Below are positions 57,901-64,000 of a DNA stretch of 64,000 bases, in pieces. Source of the DNA: Parasitella parasitica NRRL 2501. Lineage: Eukaryota > Fungi > Mucoromycota. The stretch's first letter is position 1; every line of letters starts with the position of its first letter. The translations under genes were made by a program, and so were the position numbers. The stretch is taken from the NCBI GenBank assembly GCA_025201805.1, contig MU619313.1, positions 34,848 through 98,847 of the forward strand. The letters run 5' to 3'. The notes beneath the pieces are model-generated. The model was not told the origin of the DNA, made no database searches, and saw only the letters and a list, made by a program, of their open reading frames with translations.

Positions 57901-59616
57901 AAACCTCACAGACTTAATGAATGATGAAAACTTAACAAATAGAATCCAAATCAGATGAAACCGTCCTAGTATTGTTTCGCATATATCTAATATGTTATTC
58001 TTTGTTGCTATGGCTACGTATTTGTAATAAATTGCTTTAATCTTTACAGAAAATATTTTACTAATCCACCAAAGTTGCAAGGTATTAGATAACAAAAAAC
58101 GTCCTTTTACATCTGCTTGATTGACGAGTAATGAAAAGCAATATATTTGGGGCATCTAATACTGGATTAGAGTGTAGATATCATAGTCAAATGTCTTTTT
58201 TTAACATTTTATACCTGATCTTGGTGAAATGAGGCCTCTGACAGCACCCAAAAGCATACCAAACGAATACTCTCGTTCCATAGACTCATTTCGAGTACAT
58301 TTCTTGGATTTTTTCAGACCTAAATTTTAACTCGAATTTTGCCTTATGAGACCTCGTCTGAAAAGCCATTTTTTACAAAAGTCCATATTTTAGCCGAAAA
58401 ACAAGATTTTTTCAAGGTGCCTTTTAGGAACCATATGTGTGAGAAACTGCCCTCTACGTTATGGTGGCTTTTATTTTAAAGTTTCCAGCCAAGTTTAAAG
58501 GCTTACCATGGAAAAACAAAAAATTATGAAATCATAAATAACAAAGGTTTTCAAACATAAAATGCTTTTTTCAAAAATAGTATCATCAAAGCTCAAATTT
58601 TCACAGAATTTTTCATTAGTATACATCCTGCACTTGACCATACCATTGGACCGTGAAAACTCTTTATATGTTTAGGGAATGGCAAATGGACCCAAAACTT
58701 GGCTGCTTTGCAACCGTGTATTAAAACTCAGGCGTTTGGCTGTTTTGAACAGATTCAACTTTTGTAGTGGTTAATCAAGCGAATAGCACATGCTTCATGA
58801 CTTGTCTCTCAGTTGCTGACATATCTAAGCAGTTGGATTAATTATAAAAAAGTGGAATTTTTAATTGTAAAGGTCAATAACTGAAATAAACTAGGCTACA
58901 AGCCTCCCACCCTTCGCACAAACAGCTACAGAAATAAGCAATTAAAGCTTTGGTTTTAATTTCACAAGATAATCATGACGAACATTCAAGTATGTCTGCA
59001 GAAGCATCATATAGAGATTTTTTTCAAGCACTGTACAGTGCTATTTTAAATAGCTTTTGTTCAACGCAAACGATTTATCGCCTAATAGCAACGCCAAAAC
59101 TGGCAATCGCTTTGACATTATTTAAAATTTTTAGGGGAACATACGCATTAAGCCTCAAAATACGTTTATTAGCTGATCAAAAGTTGAGTTAAAAGGGGGT
59201 TTTTAATGCTTTGAGCTGAACGTTATAAATAAAAATGAAATGAATGGCAGTAAAAATTACGAATTACAAGGCAAAATCAGTTGAGCAACTAGCGCAGTAA
59301 AACTTTGCGTCCTTGATAATGAGCCACACGATACTGCAAAATGTTCAAAATGGTCCTATCCCAAAGAGACCGTGCGATGGTAACTAAGTTTTACCATACA
59401 TTTATACAACGTAAGTCTTTCCCTGTCATTTTTAATAGATAAAATTCATTATTTTATCACCCACCGATCCAACCAAACATATCAAGCCATAGCAGCTTTG
59501 TTTTAGTGACTGAAAGTCCATCAACAGAAACGCCTATTTAAGGTAACATCACGAAACAGGACTAAAAATTTTACCTTTTTTTTTCAATTCTCCTTTTTTA
59601 ACAGATATACACATAA

Positions 59617-62600
59617 ATGGAGGTAAGAATATACGAACAAGCAAAAATCTGTTTTTAATCGAGAATGGCTCGGAATGAAATAGCAATATCTTGCAGGTCT
59701 TGACGACGTTTTGACAAAGTTGGCTCAAGCCCAGGATTCTGAAACTATCAGGCAGGTAAGCATTATGATGAGAAAGAGAGAGAGAGAGACAAGGAGAGAG
59801 TAATTTATCAGAGTGTATAGGCCACCTCCATCTTAAATACACAGTACTACACTACTGCTGATTGTATCCTTGCTCTTGTGGAAATCATTTCTAGATCGCA
59901 TAGTTTTCCAGTACGTCAATTAGCCGCTGTCGAGTTACGCAAAAGAGTCTCCAAATGGTGGTCTCAGGTGCCTGAAGCCAACAAGGTAAACCTGCGTGAT
60001 CAGTTGCTGAACATTGCTCTCAGTGAATCCAAGTAAGTCTTGTAAGTACATGTGTATTTGGGAGGCTAAATCTTGTCGTCTATAAACAGTGCCCCTGTCC
60101 GCCACTCCATTGCAAGAGTCATTTCTTCAGTTGCCAGCATTGACATGCCCGATGAGAAATGGCCTAATTTGCTGAAATTCTTGCATGAATCCTGTGCTAG
60201 TCCAAACGCTTCTCACCGTGAAATAGGTATTTATTGTTTGTATACCTTGTTTGAAGCCATTGCGGATTTGTTCATGAACAACATTGCTTCGCTGTTTGAT
60301 CTCTTTAACAAATCGATTGTGGATCCTGAAAGCAAAACCGTCAGAGTCACAACAGTTTTAGTCTTGGGCAGGCTTTCTGAATTCATTGATAGCGAGGATA
60401 AGTCTACCATTGTAAGTTTAGAGAGGTTTCAAAAGGATTATGCTATTAACAATGTCTTGTAGAAAATGTTCAAAGCCATTATTCCCAGCATGGTCAATGT
60501 CCTGGAACAATGTATAAACGATGGCGATGAGGAAAATTGCGCCAAGATTTTCGAAGTCTTTGATACTCTATTGATGCTGGTAAAGTACATCAACCCGCAG
60601 GAAACAAAAGTGTTTCATAGGATCTAACAGTGCGGATGCAATAGGATGCGCCTTTGCTTAACGATCATTTAGCCAACTTGGTCGACTTTTTCTTGAACAT
60701 TGGCGCCAATACTGAGCTGGATGACTCTCTCCGTGTATTTGCCTTGTCATTTTTGATGTGGACAGCTGTCTAGTAAGTGATTTCCTCTAGCTATAGTCAA
60801 GTATCACTGATACTGACACATATACCGTGCGCCTAGCAAACAAAACAAGATCAGGCATTTGAAGTTGGTTGGTCATATCATAGAGAAATTAATGCCCATC
60901 GGCACTGAAGAAGATCCAGAGGACGTTGATGACGATTCTGCATCTCGCGTAAGTTTAAGAAAGGGAGAAATCAACTGAAATCATGCGTACTCATGTTTTC
61001 ATGCTTGAAATGTGTAGCTGGCATACAAAGTACTGAACGCTTTAGCCACCAACATCCCCCCTCAACAAGTGTTCCCTTTGGTCATGCCATTTGTTTTGAA
61101 CTATATGCAAAATCCTAATCCCAACTACCGTAAAGCCGCCATGATGGCATTTGCCGTTACTGTTGAAGGCTGCACGGATATCATCGCCAACAAACTGAGC
61201 GAGCACCTCCCTCTTGTCTGCACTGGTCTTCAAGATCCCGAGATTGTTGTTCGTCGTGCTGCTTGCATGGCTCTTGGTTGTCTCGCTGAAGAATTGCCCG
61301 TTGACATCTCGGAACATCACCAAGTCTTGCTGCCCCTTGTCTTTAATCTTATGAACGACAACAATCCCGAAGTAACCAAGCACGCTTGCAACGCACTCGA
61401 TGCTATTCTCGAGGGTCTTGGTTCAGACATTGTTCAGTACCTCCAATTGCTGATGGAAAAACTCTTGTTCCTTTTGGACAATGCTGCCGAGACTGAAACT
61501 CGTGCCACCGTCATTGCTGCGATCGGCAGTGCTGCCCATGCTGCAGGCGATGCGTTCCAGCCTTACTTTGGTCAGGTCATGCCTCGAATTCTCCAGTTCA
61601 TGTCCCTGAACGAATCGGCTGACGATCAACTGCTCCGTGGAGTAGCTACTGACACTGCTGGCTCGATTGCTGAAGCTGCCGGTGCCGAGCTGTTCAGGCC
61701 TTATGTCCAAGGTTTAATGACACTAGCCGTAGAACAGCTCAAACTGGACTCTCCCCGCCTCCGCGAATGCTCGTTTGCCTTATTCTCCAACTTTGCCCGT
61801 GTCTTTGGCGAAGAATTTGCGCCCTTTTTACCCACTATCGTTCCTGAAATCTTGACTTCTTGCAAGATTGAAGAGAAGAACGAAAATGTTCTTGACGAAG
61901 AAGTTGACTTGACTACAGGCGGCATGGATGATGATTTAGATGAGGATTTCGAAAACTTTAATTTCAATTCTGCCATTGCCGATGAAAAGGAATTTGCTGT
62001 TGATGCGTTGGGCGAGCTCTTTGCCAATACCAAATCCCACTTCTTGCCTTATGCTGATGAAGCTCTCTTGGAATTGCAGAAATTGACTGGCCATCTCTTT
62101 GAAGGCGTCCGCAAATCTGCCACTCAAAGCTTGTTTACCTTCCTCAAGACCTTTTATACCATGTCTAACCCTGGTCCTTGGACTGTGGGTATCCCTGCTA
62201 CTTATGCCATTCACGATAATGTCCAAAGTTTGATAAACACCACTATCCCCATGACACTGGAGCTTTGGAAGGAGGAGGACGATCGCTCCGTAGTTGCTCA
62301 AACCTGCCAAGAGTTTGTCGCTGCGCTCCGTTTGATGGGTCCCATCCTCGTTGCCGATTGCCTTGAGGATATCTCTGGAAACCTCTTGGAAATCTTCCAA
62401 AAGAAATCCATCTGTCAGCAGGCCTTTGACGATGGCGACTACGAGGAGGAAGACGATGAATTGGAATCCGAATCCCTGTTGATCACATCTGCTGGGGACC
62501 TCGTTGCTGCTTTGTGTGAGGCAGTTGGTCCCAACTTTGTCAACTACTTTTCGGTGTATATGCCTCTCATTAGCAAATATTACAAGCCTACCAAAACTCA

Positions 62601-63198
62601 GTCTGAAAGAGCTATGGCTGTCGGATGTTTGGGCGAATGCATTAGTGGCCTCAAGACATCCATCTCACCTTATACTGCGCCTTTAATGAAAATCTTTGTC
62701 AAGGCTTGTAGCGATGAGGATGAACTTGTTCGTAGTAATGCTGCATTTGCTCTTGGTTGCTTAGCTTTGCACACCCAAGTTGATCTGAGCAACGAGTATC
62801 CTGCTCTTTTGAATGCCCTTTCGCCTTTGTTCAGCAATCAAACTTTACCCAATACCGTAGACAATGCTGCTGGCGCTACTGCTCGTTTAATTTTGGCGCG
62901 TCCTGGCTCAGTTCCATTAGATCAAGTTCTACCCACATTTACCAATGCCCTGCCTTTGAAAGCAGACTTTGAGGAAAACCAGCCTGTCTTTGATTGCATT
63001 TTCCAGCTATTCAATGCCAACAACCCTTTTGTTCTTGGAAATCTGCCTCAATTCCTGCACATCTTTACCCAAGTCCTTTCAGATGAAGATCAGCTGAAGG
63101 AAGCCACTCGTGGCCATTTAATTGAACTTGTTCGTCATTTGAGCACACAATCTCCCGAACTCAACATTGGTTCTAGCGATTTAGCTCGCTTCTTGTAG
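59617..63198 (+). CDS. KAP123: Importin-4/Kap123 (importin-beta family; multi-exon)
   Basis: 6-nt first exon ATGGAG, then QYLAGLDDVL, VRQLAAVELRKR, HEAT repeats, NSAIADEKEFAVDALGELF, ERAMAVGCLGE, VRSNAAFALG and LPLKADFEEN. Confidence 0.93.
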
Positions 63199-63326
63199 GA
63201 AAAGACTAGCACAATTATTTCCTTTAATATTCCTCTTCAAAGTTTAATTCAATATGTATCATTATAAATTATGCTCTTAATAAAGCAAACCAAAAAAAAA
63301 ACAAAAAAAAAAAAAAAAGCCGTTTA

Positions 63327-64000
63327 TTAAAGAGGAACTCGACGTAGAGCATGGATCAACCAGAAATTGGATGTCAATAATGCGAGAGCGCCTGCCTGAT
63401 GAGCAGCAGCTAATTCTATAGGAACCATATAGATTAGGGTAGATATACCTAGTGTCACTTGAACAACAACTGCACCCATCATTGTATTGACAGCCATTCT
63501 CACATTCTTAGGGAGAGGCAGTTTTCTTGAATATAGCCATAGTGCAGTGGTCAAGGTAGCGGTGGTTTCAGCAAGAGTACGATGATCAAATTGGACAGTA
63601 GTAGGGTTTTCAAGCAAATTACGCCATTTACCAGTATCATTGGGCTTTACATATTGGTCAGACCACAATTCTGCAGTAGGAGGAACAATGCCCTCACCCA
63701 TATATGGGAATTCGTTATAAATCAAACCAGCGTCTAAGCCAGCAACCAAACCACCAGACATCACTGTAATCATCATCAAAGCACCCAGACTATGAGTGGC
63801 AATGCGGAAACGCTTAAGAATAGGGTTATTCAGCATGGATGCTGTGCTGGCTGGGAACTTTCCACTGGCAATCTTGTTTCCACGTATAATATCAGCGGCT
63901 ACAAATATCGTACTGGCATAAATAGCAATGGCAGTTGCCAAATGAGCTGTTAAGCGATATTGGCTTACTCGGGGAACAGCCCCTGGCTCCTTCATAAGCG
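63327..64000 (-). CDS. COX15: Heme A synthase Cox15, 3' part (runs off the window)
   Basis: PRVSQYRLTAHL, SGGLVAGLDAGLIYNEFPYMG, ENPTTVQFDHR, QVTLGISTL and LAAAHQAG. Confidence 0.96.
   Translation of the reverse strand, partial: LMKEPGAVPRVSQYRLTAHLATAIAIYASTIFVAADIIRGNKIASGKFPASTASMLNNPILKRFRIATHSLGALMMITVMSGGLVAGLDAGLIYNEFPYMGEGIVPPTAELWSDQYVKPNDTGKWRNLLENPTTVQFDHRTLAETTATLTTALWLYSRKLPLPKNVRMAVNTMMGAVVVQVTLGISTLIYMVPIELAAAHQAGALALLTSNFWLIHALRRVPL

Noticed and set aside
59675-59683. ATG AAA TAG looking like a nonsense mutation at the start of KAP123
   Set aside because: TAG is the splice acceptor of an intron that follows a 6-nt first exon (ATGGAG|GTAAGA at 59617).

Overview
AT-rich, gene-dense eukaryotic DNA with many short (about 45-70 bp) GT-AG introns. 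Gene content and intron style fit an early-diverging fungus, most likely Mucorales (inference). About 23 host genes are present: Sds3-like, ATP12, a CBS protein, PAQR/IZH, SPT3, a BRD7/9-like bromodomain protein, a Zn2Cys6 factor, FAM72-like, AVL9, RIO2, an EED-like WD40 gene head-to-head with RBBP4/MSI1, two Ecl1 paralogues missed by the ORF track, a class C GPCR, ALT1, TPR/MLP1, KAP123 and a partial COX15. The main accessory feature is a 5.3 kb TA-flanked element (9196-14520) with 67-bp terminal inverted repeats. It has no transposase but carries a spliced, now pseudogenised Fanzor1 (eukaryotic TnpB-type RNA-guided nuclease) with two N-terminal zinc knuckles. A G:U-rich stem-loop between its stop codon and the right end is a candidate omegaRNA scaffold. 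A 5'-truncated L1-like retrotransposon with a 7-bp TSD has inserted antisense into the Fanzor gene. Other relics are a foldback/MITE-like inverted repeat near the window start and a decayed Mos1-type mariner near 57.4-57.9 kb. Gene boundaries were inferred by eye from splice signals, and protein families were assigned from motif recognition, not database searches.
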